A DNA stretch of 64,000 nt from NCBI GenBank assembly GCA_044226625.1, contig JBGAGQ010000011.1, positions 57,736-121,735 on the forward strand, given 5' to 3'. The stretch comes from Thermoanaerobaculia bacterium (lineage in GTDB: Bacteria; Acidobacteriota; Thermoanaerobaculia; Multivoradales; UBA5704). The notes under the pieces are model-generated. The model had not been told where the DNA came from and searched no databases. It worked only from the letters and a program-made list of their open reading frames with translations. Positions within the stretch are counted from its first letter, which is position 1. Each line of letters opens with the position of its first letter. Shown here piece by piece: positions 40,834 through 55,084 of the stretch. A program made the translations under genes and the position numbers.

Positions 40834-41466
40834 TCATTTCTGCGAAGGGTTTTGCGACGTGTCGGCCGATGGGTTCGGCGCCTGCATCGCGTCGATGAGA
40901 ATTTGTAAAGCCCAGGAAGCCGCGTCGCCGGCCTGCTTGCCGTCGATTCCGGCGTAGTCGCGCATCGATTCCCAGGCCGCGGCGCTGTACAGCGCGTGGG
41001 CCACGGCCTCGATCCGCCTGCGATCTTTGGCCGTCGCGCCACGAGTGGCCTCGCGAAGCGACGCTCGGAAAGCCTTGCGGCGTGCCTCGACCGTCGCGAG
41101 ACGCATCGCGCGCCCGGCCGGCGTGTGGAGGCTCGCGCGAATCACGCCCTCCTGATCGTCGAACCGAGCGAAGGCCTCGCGAGGTCCGTCGATCAGCTCC
41201 GGCAACGATTCGGGCAGAGTGCGCGGCGTGATGCGATGGTTGATCCACTGCCAGAACGCCTCCAGCAGGGCTTCTTTCGTGGCGAAGTGCCGGAAAACGG
41301 TCCGGCGCTCGACGCCGGCCTCCTCGGCGATCGCCTCCAGGGTGAACGGGGTCGGGGAGTCGCGCTGAATCCACGCGGCCACCCCTTCCAGGATTCGTTC
41401 GCGGGTTTCCCGAGCGCGGGCCTCGCGGAGCGGACTGTTGTAGGACCGACGTTCCGACGTTTCCAT
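40834..41466 (-). CDS. TetR/AcrR family regulator
   Basis: TRERIL...FTLEAIAEEAGVERRTVFRHFATKEALL. Confidence 0.93.
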   Translation of the reverse strand: METSERRSYNSPLREARARETRERILEGVAAWIQRDSPTPFTLEAIAEEAGVERRTVFRHFATKEALLEAFWQWINHRITPRTLPESLPELIDGPREAFARFDDQEGVIRASLHTPAGRAMRLATVEARRKAFRASLREATRGATAKDRRRIEAVAHALYSAAAWESMRDYAGIDGKQAGDAASWALQILIDAMQAPNPSADTSQNPSQK

Positions 41467-41569
41467 GTCACGAAGAGTGACACGAATTTGAGGCGGCGTC
41501 AATCCTCCTGTGGAGAGTCAGATTTTCTAGTTTGATTCGCGGAGGGCGAACGGGGATGTGATGCGCGAT

Positions 41570-41965
41570 CTAGCGAGGAAGGAGCTCACGCATCTGCCCG
41601 TAGATCGGAGTGAGCTGATCGATCTCGCAGGTGCCATCGCCGAAACGATAGGTCGTCTCGAAATCCTCGTAGCTTCTCGCCCGCCAGAGCCGGCCTTCCG
41701 GATCGATCACGAGCGAATGGCCCACGCCACCGCGGAAGATCGTCGAGCCATCGGTGCCTGAGAAGATCGTGCAGGTCCAGGGACGTTCCTCCGGGTGCGC
41801 CGCCATGTAGTCGACGATTTCGGCGACGAGCCGGCTGAACAGCGCTTTGCGCTCGGCGGCGGGAGCGTCGAGCGCGAGGGCGATCGCCCGGCCGAGCATC
41901 GGATCGGCCGGGGAGGTGGAGACGCCCGATGGAAGGGTGAGGTCGATCGGCTCTTCGAGGTCCAT
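41570..41965 (-). CDS. Hypothetical protein
   Basis: 131-aa ORF with protein-like composition; no recognised motif. Confidence 0.55.
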   Translation of the reverse strand: MDLEEPIDLTLPSGVSTSPADPMLGRAIALALDAPAAERKALFSRLVAEIVDYMAAHPEERPWTCTIFSGTDGSTIFRGGVGHSLVIDPEGRLWRARSYEDFETTYRFGDGTCEIDQLTPIYGQMRELLPR

Positions 41966-42118
41966 GACACCGGGAGGGGTCCGATGGAAAGCTCCCCCGA
42001 GAGTCTAGCCGCGGGCGCGGAGAGTGCGGTAACGCCGAGGAAACGAGCGGGCCGGGTTTCCGGTGAGATCGGACGTCCCGGGGAGAGACGACGTGTGACT
42101 CCCCCCGGGACGACAGGC

Positions 42119-43591
42119 TCAGTTCGGCGGGCCGTCGAGCGTGCGGCGTACGAGAACCTCGTAGCCCAAGAAGGGGCTATAGGCGGTTTGCCAGGCCGGC
42201 ACGTTGTAGCAGGCGTAATCGGTGCTCGAGTAGAAGATGAACTCCCGGGTGCAGTTGCAGGCCGGAGAGTAGACGTAGTGCGCGATCGGGCTCGTGCGGC
42301 CGAAGCCGTTGCGCGAGGGCCAGAGAGTCGTTTTCACATAGGGCGCCGAGGCGAGGTTTGCGTAGGCGAGGCGCGCCCCGCTCGTCGGGGTGAAGCTGTC
42401 CGCGCAACCCGTGGTGACGGTCGTGTCGGGCTCGCTCCCCCAGAGCTTCCAGGTCGCCGCGAGGGGGTCGTATTTGACATCCGAATAATCGCCCATGCCG
42501 AACTGCGGGGCGACGTTGTCGGGAATCTGCGGGAAGGTACCGTTGGAGTTCATCGGGACCCAGGACGACCCCTTCTTGAAATAGAGCCGTGCCTGACTCG
42601 GTCGAACCGGAAGGGCGACGTCCGTGACGATGACCGCGGCCAACCGATACGGGCCGGTGCCCTGCAAGCAGCTCGGAGGGCTGCCGGTCGTCCAGGACGA
42701 GCAGATCTGATCGAACTCCATGAACCCGAACATCACCGGCGAGAGGCTCGAGCTGCCGGCGAACATCGGCAGGCTCGCGGCGGTGGCGTCGTAGGGTGCA
42801 AGCAGCGGAGGCAGTGCGGTGAACGTTTTCGCCTGGCCGTCGGTGTCGATCAGGTTATCGGTGATCTTCACGAGCGGAGTGGTGGACCAGACGAACGCCG
42901 GCGTGCAAGTCTGGCTGGCCGGAGGATTCAGCTCGCCCTTGCATTGACCGGACGAAGACGTGGCCTTCGCGAGCGCAGCGGAAAGCGAGACCTGGGCGCC
43001 CAGGTAGATCTCGTCGAAATCGCCGGCCGCCCAGGAGTCGCCGGTCGAGGCGAGCTCGTACGGAGAGGTGCTCGTGGGCGTCTTGCGGATCCGTGTGCGG
43101 TTGACGACCTCGTACACCTTCCCGAGCGACGGAACCGGAACGGTGCTGCCTCCACCGTAGGCGACCGTCCGGTGTTGCTGTTCCGTCGGCTCGCCGAAAC
43201 GGCCGTCGAAGCAGGGCGACACCGTGCGGAAACGGGTGAACGCCGGGTTCGTCGACTGGAGGAAGGCAAACGCGTTGTCACCGCGGTACCCGATCACCTG
43301 CTCGGTGATCGTGCGCGTAGTGCCCGTCACGGTGTCCAGATAGAAGCACTCACCGGGCGGATGCCAAGATCCTCCGGCCAAATAGTTGTCCGTGGCGAGC
43401 ATGTAGTAGTAGGAACCTTCGACCGCGCCGGACGCGTACGCGACGAACGACCCGTTGAGGACGGAGCCCGGCGTATTGGTTCCGAACTCGAGCTTCGGGC
43501 TGATCACCGGTTCGTCCACGGCCGGCTGCGCCAGCGCGGCACTGGCCGCAAAACACGCCAGAAGGGATGAGGCGAGAATGGTTTTCTTCAC
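42119..43591 (-). CDS. Secreted hypothetical protein (Thr/Ser/Tyr-rich, several Cys)
   Basis: AAAGGAGG RBS, GTG start, signal peptide ending ALA-Q; strong GC3 codon pattern. Confidence 0.75.
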   Translation of the reverse strand: MKKTILASSLLACFAASAALAQPAVDEPVISPKLEFGTNTPGSVLNGSFVAYASGAVEGSYYYMLATDNYLAGGSWHPPGECFYLDTVTGTTRTITEQVIGYRGDNAFAFLQSTNPAFTRFRTVSPCFDGRFGEPTEQQHRTVAYGGGSTVPVPSLGKVYEVVNRTRIRKTPTSTSPYELASTGDSWAAGDFDEIYLGAQVSLSAALAKATSSSGQCKGELNPPASQTCTPAFVWSTTPLVKITDNLIDTDGQAKTFTALPPLLAPYDATAASLPMFAGSSSLSPVMFGFMEFDQICSSWTTGSPPSCLQGTGPYRLAAVIVTDVALPVRPSQARLYFKKGSSWVPMNSNGTFPQIPDNVAPQFGMGDYSDVKYDPLAATWKLWGSEPDTTVTTGCADSFTPTSGARLAYANLASAPYVKTTLWPSRNGFGRTSPIAHYVYSPACNCTREFIFYSSTDYACYNVPAWQTAYSPFLGYEVLVRRTLDGPPN

Positions 43592-43792
43592 GAAGAACCT
43601 CCTTTCGCATCGGCCGGGAGAACGGATCCGCTAGGGCTCTCTCCGCCTTCCAACCAAGGAATGGAGTACCACGCCGATGCGAGAGGGGGTGCCTTCCGGG
43701 GGCCCAACACGCCGGCTCGGGGGAGGAAGCGTCCTGAGCCGGCGACCAATAGGCGACAGAAAAGGGGCTCTGGGGGAGCGGGGACGCGCTCC

Positions 43793-45811
43793 CTAGACCC
43801 GCCCGATCAGCTTCTTCACCCGGGCCGACACGTTGTCGACCGTGAAGCCGAATTTCTCCGCAAGCGCCTTGTAAGGAGCCGACGCGCCGAAGGTTTCGAT
43901 TCCCAGGACCTCTCCCTCGTCGCCCACCCAGCGGTGCCAACCGAACGGGCTCGCGGCCTCCACGGCGAGGCGCTTCTTGATCGTGGGCGGCAGGATCTGG
44001 TCGCGATACTCCTGGGGCTGCGCGGCGAACAGCTCCCAGGACGGGAGGCTCACGACGCGGACGTGGATCCCTTCGGCCGCGAGCGCCCGGTGCGTGTCGA
44101 CGCAAAGGGAAACCTCCGAGCCGGTCGCGATCAGGATCGCCGCCGGGTCTTGTCCTTCGGGAGTCTCGGCCACGACGTAACCGCCCCGCGGGAAGCCGAG
44201 CGCGGCGTGCGCGACGGTCCCCTCGAGGATCGGCAGGTTCTGGCGCGTGAGCGCGAGGGCGGTCGGGCCGGAGCGGTGGGCGATCGCGAAGCGCCAGGCC
44301 TCGGCGGTCTCGACCGCGTCGGCCGGACGGAGGACGACGAGCCCCGGGATGCTGCGGAGCGAGGCGAGCTGCTCGATCGGCTGGTGGGTCGGGCCATCTT
44401 CACCGAGGAAGATCGAGTCGTGGGTGTAGACGAAAATCGGCCCGATCCCCATCAGCGAGGCGAGACGGATCGGCGGGCGCATGTACTCCGAGAAAATCAG
44501 GAACGTACCCGCGTAGGGGATCCACTGCTTGGACAAAGCGATGCCGTTGAGGATCGCGCCCATGCCGTGCTCGCGGACGCCGAAACGGAGGTAGCGACCG
44601 GAGCGGTTCGCCGCTTCGAAATCACCCCAGCCTTTGACCTGCGTGTTGTTCGAAGGGGTGAGGTCGGCCGAGCCGCCGACCAGCTGCGGCAGCTTCGGGG
44701 AGATCGCCGCGAGCACCTTGCCCGAGGCAGAGCGGGTGGCGATCGGCTTGTCGGTGGGGGCGAAGGTCGGGAGCGCCTCCTCCCAGCCGTCGGGAAGGTT
44801 TCCGGCCAGGCGGGCGGAGAAATCCTTCGCCGCCTCCGGATGGGCGGCGGCGTAGGTGCCGAACAGCTCGCGCCACTCGGATGCCAACCGCTTGCCGTTC
44901 TCGCGCGCGGCGGCGAACGGCGCGCGCGCCTCGTCCGGGACGAGGAACTGCGCGTCCTCCGGCCAACCGAGCGCGCGCTTCGCGGCTTTCGTCTCCTCCG
45001 CGCCGAGGGGCGCGCCGTGCGCCTCGTGACTCCCCGCCTTGTGGGGGGCACCGTAACCGATCACCGTCCGCACGGCGATCAGCGAGGGACGGGTGGTCTC
45101 GGCGAGCGCGGCCCGGATCGACGCCTCGATCGCGTCGAGATCATTGCCGTCCGCCACCCTCTGGGTGTGCCAGCCGTAGGCGGCGTAACGGGCGACCGTG
45201 TCCTCGCTGAACGAAAGCGAAGTCGGGCCGTCGATCGAGATCTGGTTGTCGTCGTAGAACACGACGAGCTTGCCAAGCCCCAGGTGGCCGGCGAGCGAGC
45301 TCGCCTCGGAGGCCACCCCTTCGCTCATGTCGCCGTCGGAGGCGATCACCCAGGTTCGGTAATCGACCATGGGAAAACCGTCGCGGTTCCACTCGCTCGC
45401 CGAGAGCTCCTCCGCGATCGCCATGCCCACGGCGTTCGAGATCCCCTGTCCGAGGGGGCCCGTGGTGGTCTCGACCCCTTGGGTATGGCCGTACTCCGGA
45501 TGACCGGGGGTCTTCGAGCCGAGCTGCCGGAAACGCTCGAGCTCGGAGAGGGGCAGGTCGTATCCGGCGAGATGGAGCAGGGAATAGATCAACGCCGAGG
45601 CGTGGCCGCACGACAGGACGAACCGGTCGCGGTTGGGCCAGGTCGGCTCGTCGGGCGAGTGGCGCAGATGGCGCGTCCAGATCCAGTAGGCGAGCGGCGC
45701 GAGCGCCATCGGCGTTCCCGGATGTCCCGAGTCGGCCTTCTCGACCATGTCGACGGAAAGGAATCGGATGGTATTGATCGCCAGTTGATCGGTCGCGTTC
45801 GGGTCGGGCAT
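43793..45811 (-). CDS. tkt: Transketolase
   Basis: [26 protein letters not shown]...[19 protein letters not shown]. Confidence 0.98.
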   Translation of the reverse strand: MPDPNATDQLAINTIRFLSVDMVEKADSGHPGTPMALAPLAYWIWTRHLRHSPDEPTWPNRDRFVLSCGHASALIYSLLHLAGYDLPLSELERFRQLGSKTPGHPEYGHTQGVETTTGPLGQGISNAVGMAIAEELSASEWNRDGFPMVDYRTWVIASDGDMSEGVASEASSLAGHLGLGKLVVFYDDNQISIDGPTSLSFSEDTVARYAAYGWHTQRVADGNDLDAIEASIRAALAETTRPSLIAVRTVIGYGAPHKAGSHEAHGAPLGAEETKAAKRALGWPEDAQFLVPDEARAPFAAARENGKRLASEWRELFGTYAAAHPEAAKDFSARLAGNLPDGWEEALPTFAPTDKPIATRSASGKVLAAISPKLPQLVGGSADLTPSNNTQVKGWGDFEAANRSGRYLRFGVREHGMGAILNGIALSKQWIPYAGTFLIFSEYMRPPIRLASLMGIGPIFVYTHDSIFLGEDGPTHQPIEQLASLRSIPGLVVLRPADAVETAEAWRFAIAHRSGPTALALTRQNLPILEGTVAHAALGFPRGGYVVAETPEGQDPAAILIATGSEVSLCVDTHRALAAEGIHVRVVSLPSWELFAAQPQEYRDQILPPTIKKRLAVEAASPFGWHRWVGDEGEVLGIETFGASAPYKALAEKFGFTVDNVSARVKKLIGRV

Positions 45812-45964
45812 TTTCGATCCTCTCGGGAGTTCGCTCTGGAGGGGGGCGCATCCGGCGCGCCGGGCGCCAGGTTCAAGGATATCGCTTCGAGAGTCGGTGC
45901 ACCGTGCCGTTTTTGACTCCCGCCCCCCGCCACCATACAATTCCTCCCCTTGCAGGGCCCCCGC

Positions 45965-46058
45965 GGTGAGGTGCTGGAGTGGCTGAACAGGGCTGCCTGC
46001 TAAGCAGTTGTCCGGGGGAATCCCTGGACCGAGGGTTCGAATCCCTCCCTCACCGCCA
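45965..46058 (+). tRNA. tRNA-Ser (anticodon GCT)
   Basis: GGTGAGG...CTGC-CT-GCT-AA-GCAG, long variable arm, GGTTCGAATCC...CCTCACCGCCA. Confidence 0.97.
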
Positions 46059-46084
46059 TTTCCCTTCCCTCCGAGGGCGCAATC

Positions 46085-47548
46085 ATGGCCACCGAAGTCA
46101 CCGGTCCCGTCAGGGTCCGTTTCGCTCCGTCTCCCACCGGTTTCCTGCACGTCGGCGGCGTCCGCACCGCGATCTACAACGAGCTGCTCCGCCTTCACTG
46201 CGGAGGAGCGTTCGTCCTACGGATCGAGGACACCGACAAGGCGCGCTCCGACGAGGCGATGACTCGGCAGATCCAGGACGCCCTTTCCTGGACCGGGATC
46301 CGTTGGGACGAGGGGCCTTTCCTCCAGAGCGAGCGCCTGCCGCGCCACGCCGAGCGCGCGGCCGAGCTGCTCGCGGCCGACAAGGCGTACCGCTGCTTCT
46401 GCACCTCCGAGGAGCTCGAAGCGCAACGCGCCGAGGCCCAGAAACAGGGGGGGAGCTTCCGCTATCCGCGCACTTGCGCGCACCTTCCGGCCGACGAGAT
46501 CGCTCGGCGGGTCGAGGCGGGCCAGGCCTTCGTGGTCCGCTTCCGCGCGCCCGACGTGAACATCACGTTCTTCGATCTGGTGCGCGGCGACATGGAGTTT
46601 CCGCCCGAGGCGATCGACGACTTCATCCTGCTCCGCTCGGACGGCTCGCCGACGTACCACATGTCGGTGGTCTGCGACGACGTGGACATGGCGATCACCC
46701 ACGTGATCCGCGGCGAGGATCACCTGTCGAACACGCCGAAGCACGTGCCGCTCTTCCAGGCCTTCGGCGCCGCGGTGCCGACGTTCGCCCACCTGCCGCT
46801 GATCCTGGGGCCCGACAAGAAGCGGCTGTCGAAGCGATTCGGCGCGACGTCGGTCGAGGAGTTCCGCGCGGAGGGGGTGCTCCCCGAGGCGCTCTACAAC
46901 TACATGGCGCTCCTGGGCTGGAGCCCCGGCGACGATCGGGAGATCCTGTCGCGGGACGAGATGGGACGGGTCTTCGACGTCGACCGTCTGAACGCGTCGG
47001 CCGCCGTCTTCGACCGGGAAAAGCTGCTCTGGATGAACGGCCAGTACATCGCCGCGTCGACGCTCGACCAGATCCGGCCGCACCTCGGCCCGTTCCTCAC
47101 CGAGTCGGGGCTCGACGGCGCCGACCCGACGCGCCTCGAGACGGTCCTCGCGCTGCACCAGAGCCGCGCGCGCACCCTGCGCGAGCTGGCGCAGTCGATC
47201 GTCTTCTATTTCCGCGACGAGATTCCGTACGAGGCGGATCTGGCGAAGAAGTTCCTCGCCGATCCGGAGCTGCCGGTCCATCTCGCCGCGCTCCGCGACC
47301 GCTTCGCCGAGGTCGATCCGTTCGAGAAAGATGCTCTGGAAGCGGCGCTCCGCGCCGTCGCCGAGGAGCGGGGCTTGAAGCCGAGCGTGCTGATCCATCC
47401 GACCCGTCTCGCGCTCTCCGGTACGAACGGCGGGCCGCCGCTGTTCGACCTCGTGGCCGCGATGGGCAAGGACGAGACCTCCCGGCACCTCGGCCACTTC
47501 ATCGCCTTCCTGCGTCGGGGCGGGGCGCTGCCCGAGCATCAGGACTGA
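46085..47548 (+). CDS. gltX: Glutamate--tRNA ligase
   Basis: [16 protein letters not shown] (HIGH), RIEDTD, IRGEDH, RLSKR (KMSKS-like). Confidence 0.97.
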   Translation: MATEVTGPVRVRFAPSPTGFLHVGGVRTAIYNELLRLHCGGAFVLRIEDTDKARSDEAMTRQIQDALSWTGIRWDEGPFLQSERLPRHAERAAELLAADKAYRCFCTSEELEAQRAEAQKQGGSFRYPRTCAHLPADEIARRVEAGQAFVVRFRAPDVNITFFDLVRGDMEFPPEAIDDFILLRSDGSPTYHMSVVCDDVDMAITHVIRGEDHLSNTPKHVPLFQAFGAAVPTFAHLPLILGPDKKRLSKRFGATSVEEFRAEGVLPEALYNYMALLGWSPGDDREILSRDEMGRVFDVDRLNASAAVFDREKLLWMNGQYIAASTLDQIRPHLGPFLTESGLDGADPTRLETVLALHQSRARTLRELAQSIVFYFRDEIPYEADLAKKFLADPELPVHLAALRDRFAEVDPFEKDALEAALRAVAEERGLKPSVLIHPTRLALSGTNGGPPLFDLVAAMGKDETSRHLGHFIAFLRRGGALPEHQD

Positions 47549-47649
47549 TTTGAGTCCCGGCCCCTTTCCCACGGGAGAGGGGGGCAAAAGCCCGTTCCGG
47601 AATCAGCGGCCCCATGCGACTCGCGGATCGAAGCTGAGGGGTACCCTCG

Positions 47650-48189
47650 ATGGGAGATTCCGTGTTCCACCCGGATGAGGCCCGTGCGTTGCTCGAACGG
47701 ACGCCAGATCTCCTGCGCTCTTGGCTCGGCGGCCTGCCCGACGCCTGGCTCCGCGCGACCGAAGGCGAAGGCACCTGGTCTCCGTACGACGTGATCGGCC
47801 ATCTCATCCATGGTGAGCGCACCGACTGGATTCCGCGCGCTCGGCACATCCTGGCGGGCGATCCCCGGCCGTTCGAGCCGTTCGACCGGATGGCGATGTT
47901 CCGCGAGAGCGAGGGCAAGAGCCTGGACGAGCTGCTCACGACGTTCGCCGATCTGCGGCGATCCAATCTCGCCGAGCGGGCCCTGCTGGATCTGAGCGAA
48001 GAGGCTCTCGATCGGCGAGGGTTGCATCCCGCCTTGGGCGAGGTCACCCTCCGCCAGCTCCTCGCGACCTGGGTCGTCCACGACCTCGACCACGTCGCGC
48101 AGATCGCCCGCACCATGGCCCGGCGCTACGCCGAGGCCACGGGCCCCTGGACCGCCTATCTCTCGATCCTGCGCGATCGATTGCCGTAA
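47650..48189 (+). CDS. DinB family protein
   Basis: WSPYDVIGHLIHGE..DWIPR, HPALGEVTLRQLLATWVVHDLDH. Confidence 0.9.
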   Translation: MGDSVFHPDEARALLERTPDLLRSWLGGLPDAWLRATEGEGTWSPYDVIGHLIHGERTDWIPRARHILAGDPRPFEPFDRMAMFRESEGKSLDELLTTFADLRRSNLAERALLDLSEEALDRRGLHPALGEVTLRQLLATWVVHDLDHVAQIARTMARRYAEATGPWTAYLSILRDRLP

Positions 48190-48236
48190 GGGGCGTCCGC
48201 CCCTCCGCCACGCCGAGCCTCAGGCGTGGCGGCGGA

Positions 48237-49340
48237 CTACCGATACTTCGCGAGGAACCGGCGGTCGATCCAATCCTTGAGACGGAACACGGAGCGGCCT
48301 TCGAGCACCACGCCTTTCCAGTGCATCAAGGCGCGGCCGTCGCCGAGGTTCAGGAGCGAGAGGAATCCCGTCTGCGGCCGGTACCTCGGCGGCGCTTCGC
48401 CACGGATCGCCGCGACCAGGCTTTGCCAAAGGATCGGCGCCTGCCGGACGGCGTAGACGCCGGCTTTCGGGGTTTCGGGATAGCTCGCCATCGTGCCGCA
48501 ATCCCCGGCCGCGAAGACCTTCGGATCGGCGATCGAGCGAAGCGAGTCGTCCAACAAAAGGAATCCACGGTCGTCGAGCGGAAGGCCGGAGCCGGCGAGG
48601 ATCGGCCAGCCGACCGCTCCGGCGAGCCAGACGGTGAGGTCGGAGGGGACTTCCCGCCCCGTGGCGAGCTTCGCGCGATCGGGCAGGACCCGATCGACGC
48701 TCTCGCCGACGATCGCTTCGATCCGCTTGTCTCGGAGCACCGCGAGCGCTCTGTCCCGGAAGCGCTCCGGATAGTCGGCGAGCAGTCGCGGCCCGCGCTC
48801 GATCAGCCGGACCACCGCCGAGGGACCGAGCGCGGCGCGGAGGGCGAGCGCCACCTCGTAACCCGCGGCCCCTCCACCGACCACCGCGGCGCGGCGATCC
48901 GCCTCTTCCCGTTCGCGAACCTGCGCTTCGAGCCGCGTCTTGAGGTCGATCACCCGGTCGAGCGGTTTCGCCGCCACGGCGCCCGCGGCGATCTCTTTTC
49001 GCTCGATGCCCGCGGTGGTCGAGCCGACGGCAAACGATACGAGGTCGTACTGGATTTCCCGGCCGTCGGCGAGCGCGACGCATTGCCGCCTCGGATCGAG
49101 CGCCGTGGCCTTTCCATCGATCAGGCGCCCTCCGGCATTCTCGACCAGCGGCGCAATGGCGACCGAAACGTCGTCGAGCGCGTACGTCCCGGCGAGGTAA
49201 CCGGGGACCATGCCGGAGTAGACCTGGCGCGGTACCGGGGAGACGAGAGCAAGGTCGAACACCGTCTCCGCCGCGGCGTGCCGCAGCACCTCGAGATGGG
49301 CGTGGCCCGCCCCCACGAGCAGGAGCCGCGGCCGGCTCAA
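48237..49340 (-). CDS. FAD-dependent oxidoreductase (SelD N-terminal-domain-like)
   Basis: VGAGHAH, YSGMVPG, VVGGGAAGYE, FAAGDC, KAGVYAVRQ, LKDWIDRRF. Confidence 0.85.
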   Translation of the reverse strand: MSRPRLLLVGAGHAHLEVLRHAAAETVFDLALVSPVPRQVYSGMVPGYLAGTYALDDVSVAIAPLVENAGGRLIDGKATALDPRRQCVALADGREIQYDLVSFAVGSTTAGIERKEIAAGAVAAKPLDRVIDLKTRLEAQVREREEADRRAAVVGGGAAGYEVALALRAALGPSAVVRLIERGPRLLADYPERFRDRALAVLRDKRIEAIVGESVDRVLPDRAKLATGREVPSDLTVWLAGAVGWPILAGSGLPLDDRGFLLLDDSLRSIADPKVFAAGDCGTMASYPETPKAGVYAVRQAPILWQSLVAAIRGEAPPRYRPQTGFLSLLNLGDGRALMHWKGVVLEGRSVFRLKDWIDRRFLAKYR

Positions 49341-50098
49341 AGGAGCTCCTTCAGCTTCGCGTAGCCCGCGCGCGAGACGGGCAGGCGACTACCGTCGCGG
49401 AGGATCGCCACCCGGCTGTCCTTGGCGTAGAGCTCCAGCCGGGCCAGGCGCTCGACGTTCAGGAGGTACGAGCGGTGGATGCGCACGAAGCGCTGCGGGT
49501 CGAGCTCGGTTTCCAGCTCGGCAAGCGTTTCGGCCTTTCGGTGGGAGGCCCCTTCGGCCCGGACGAGCACATGGTCGTCGCGCGCCTCGATCCAGTCGAT
49601 CCGTTCCGCGGCGAGGACGTGGATCTTCGCGTCGTCGCGGATCAGGATCCGGTCGAGCGGACGGCCGGGAATTCGGCCGAGCCGAGCGAGAGAGCGCACC
49701 GGCTCGCGCTGCGTCGCCGCGAGCCGGACGCGGGCGCGCCGGAGCGCCTCGGCCAACCGTTCCGGTCCGTAGGGTTTCAAGAGGTAATCGACCGCGTGGA
49801 TATCGAAGGCGCGCACGGCATGCTCGTCGTACGCGGTGGCAAAGATCACCGCCGGTTCGTGGTCGAGCAGCTCGAGGACCTCGAAGCCGGAAAGCTTCGG
49901 CATCTGGATGTCGAGGAAGAGGAGATCGGGCTTCCTGTCCCCGACCGCCTTGACCGCCTCGAACCCGTTCGCGCATTCCGCGACCACTTCGACCCCTCCG
50001 AGCTCCGCGAGGTCCTGACGGAGCGCCCGGCGGGCGGCCTCTTCGTCGTCGACCAAGATGGCGCGGAGGGGGGGTTCGAAAGACATTTTGGCTCGCAT
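49337..50098 (-). CDS. LytTR family response regulator
   Basis: VDDE, FLDIQMP, TAYD, DYLLKP receiver domain; FVRIHRSY...VSR LytTR domain. Confidence 0.93.
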   Translation of the reverse strand: MRAKMSFEPPLRAILVDDEEAARRALRQDLAELGGVEVVAECANGFEAVKAVGDRKPDLLFLDIQMPKLSGFEVLELLDHEPAVIFATAYDEHAVRAFDIHAVDYLLKPYGPERLAEALRRARVRLAATQREPVRSLARLGRIPGRPLDRILIRDDAKIHVLAAERIDWIEARDDHVLVRAEGASHRKAETLAELETELDPQRFVRIHRSYLLNVERLARLELYAKDSRVAILRDGSRLPVSRAGYAKLKELL

Positions 50099-50249
50099 CT
50101 TAGCGAGACAGAGCGAGCCCGGGGGCGAGAGCGCCGAGGCCCCGAATTTGCAAGACCGTCAAGCCGTCACGGCCCTCTTTTGCCATAGAGTGCCTGCCGG
50201 TCTTTCGGCCGTCTCAACTTCCATCCACCGATCGCGTATCTGGAACCCT

Positions 50250-51533
50250 ATGCCCCGAATGCCTCGACTTCTTCGAACATTGCGCGCGCTCGCCCTCGTT
50301 TCGATCGTCGCCTCCTCCGGATTCGCGTGCGGGGGCGGAAAGTCCTCGAAGGGAGGCGGCAAGGAAGCCGCCGCCGAGCCGCCCCGGAAGGTCCAGCTGG
50401 CGAAATCCGAAGAGGGACGGTTGCCGCGCGTCGTCCCCGCGACCGGCACGCTCGCCGCCGACGAACGGACCGAGCTGGCGTTCAAGGTGGCCGGGCGGGT
50501 GGCCGACATCCCGGTCGACCTCGGCAGCCGCGTCCAAGCCGGGCAGGTGGTCGCCCGCCTCGCGCCCGAAGATTTCTCCCTTCGCGTCGCCCAAGCGGAA
50601 AGCACGCTCGCCCAGGCGCGCGCGCGGCTCGGCCTCCAGGCCCAAGGTCCCGACACCCTCGTCGATCCGGCGACCACCTCGCCGGTCAAGCAGGCTAAGG
50701 CGTTGCTCGAACAGGCGCGGGTGACCCGTGAGCGCGGACGGACGCTGTTCGAGCAGCAGCTCATCCCGCGCTCGGACCTCGACAAGATGGAAGCGGACTA
50801 CGGGGTCGCCGAGGCGGCCTACCAGGCGGCGATCGAAGAGGCCCAGAACCGTCAGGGCGTGCTCGCCCAGCGCCGCGCCGAGCTCGATCTCGCCAAGGCC
50901 CAGCTCGCGGACTCCACGCTTCGTGCCCCGTATTCCGGCGCGATCGAGGAGCGCCGGGTGGCTCCCGGCGACTACGTGTCGGCGGGCACCGTGGCGCTCG
51001 TCTTGGTCCGGACTCATCCGCTCCGGCTGCGGCTTTCGGTTCCCGAGCGGGAGGCGATCGGCCTCGCGGTCGGTCTGCCGGTCCGGTTGTCCGTGGGCGA
51101 GACGCCCGAGAACGCCCAGGGCGAGAGCGCGGTCGGCGCGCGGGAAGAGGCCCCGGCGACCGCACCGAACGTCGAGGGGCGCATCGCCCGCCTCGGCCCG
51201 TCGATCACCGAAGCGAGCCGCACCCTCGAGGTCGAGGTCGAAATTCCCAACCGGAGCGGCGCGCTCCGACCGGGCGCTTTCGCCCGCGCGGAGATCGTGG
51301 TCCAGGCGGCCGATCCCGCCGTGCTCGTGCCCACGTCGGCGGTGGTCTCGTTCGCCGGGGTCGACAAGGTGATCGGCGTCGAGCAGGGCAAGGCGGTCGA
51401 AAAGCGGGTTCGGCTCGGCAGGAAGAGCGGCGATCGGGTGGAAATCGTCTCCGGGCTGGACGCCGGCGAGTCCGTCGTCCTGGAGCCAGGGAACCTCACG
51501 GAAGGCCAGGCGGTCGAGGTCGCAACCGAGTAA
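50250..51533 (+). CDS. RND efflux periplasmic adaptor (MFP) lipoprotein
   Basis: GFAC lipobox; VAGRV...GSRVQAGQ, LRAPYSG, LRPGAFA. Confidence 0.92.
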   Translation: MPRMPRLLRTLRALALVSIVASSGFACGGGKSSKGGGKEAAAEPPRKVQLAKSEEGRLPRVVPATGTLAADERTELAFKVAGRVADIPVDLGSRVQAGQVVARLAPEDFSLRVAQAESTLAQARARLGLQAQGPDTLVDPATTSPVKQAKALLEQARVTRERGRTLFEQQLIPRSDLDKMEADYGVAEAAYQAAIEEAQNRQGVLAQRRAELDLAKAQLADSTLRAPYSGAIEERRVAPGDYVSAGTVALVLVRTHPLRLRLSVPEREAIGLAVGLPVRLSVGETPENAQGESAVGAREEAPATAPNVEGRIARLGPSITEASRTLEVEVEIPNRSGALRPGAFARAEIVVQAADPAVLVPTSAVVSFAGVDKVIGVEQGKAVEKRVRLGRKSGDRVEIVSGLDAGESVVLEPGNLTEGQAVEVATE

Positions 51534-51665
51534 GAGAAGGGGGCACGGCGCGGGGCGTGACTCGAAGGTCTGCTCCGCCCGGCGGCCCAGCCCCGTCTCC
51601 ATCGAGAACAGCAGCAACGGAAAGAGCTTGATCGAAGAAGGCTACCGGAAAGGGACCTGAACGCC

Positions 51666-54905
<3,240 letters not shown>

Positions 54906-54987
54906 GACACCTCCCGGAACGCGGCCGGGGCGTCCGATCCGACGGGACGAGTGCCGCAAACCTCTGACAACAAGGGGTTTGCGAATC

Positions 54988-55026
54988 TATTCACGGCGTG
55001 AATACAATTTATTCACGGCATGAATA
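54988..55026. promoter_or_regulatory. Tandem palindromic operator-like sites
   Basis: TATTCACGGCGTGAATA (54988-55004) and TATTCACGGCATGAATA (55010-55026), 22 bp apart. Confidence 0.6.
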
Positions 55027-55084
55027 GTTATCCGAAGGCCCCCCGCGGCGCGGCGATGGCCGGTCTTCCCAGTAGGATCGCTCC

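Noticed and set aside
47556-47586. CCCTTTCCC-AC-GGGAGAGGG hairpin after gltX, REP-like
   Set aside because: Only one clear copy seen in the window; adequately explained as a terminator-like hairpin.
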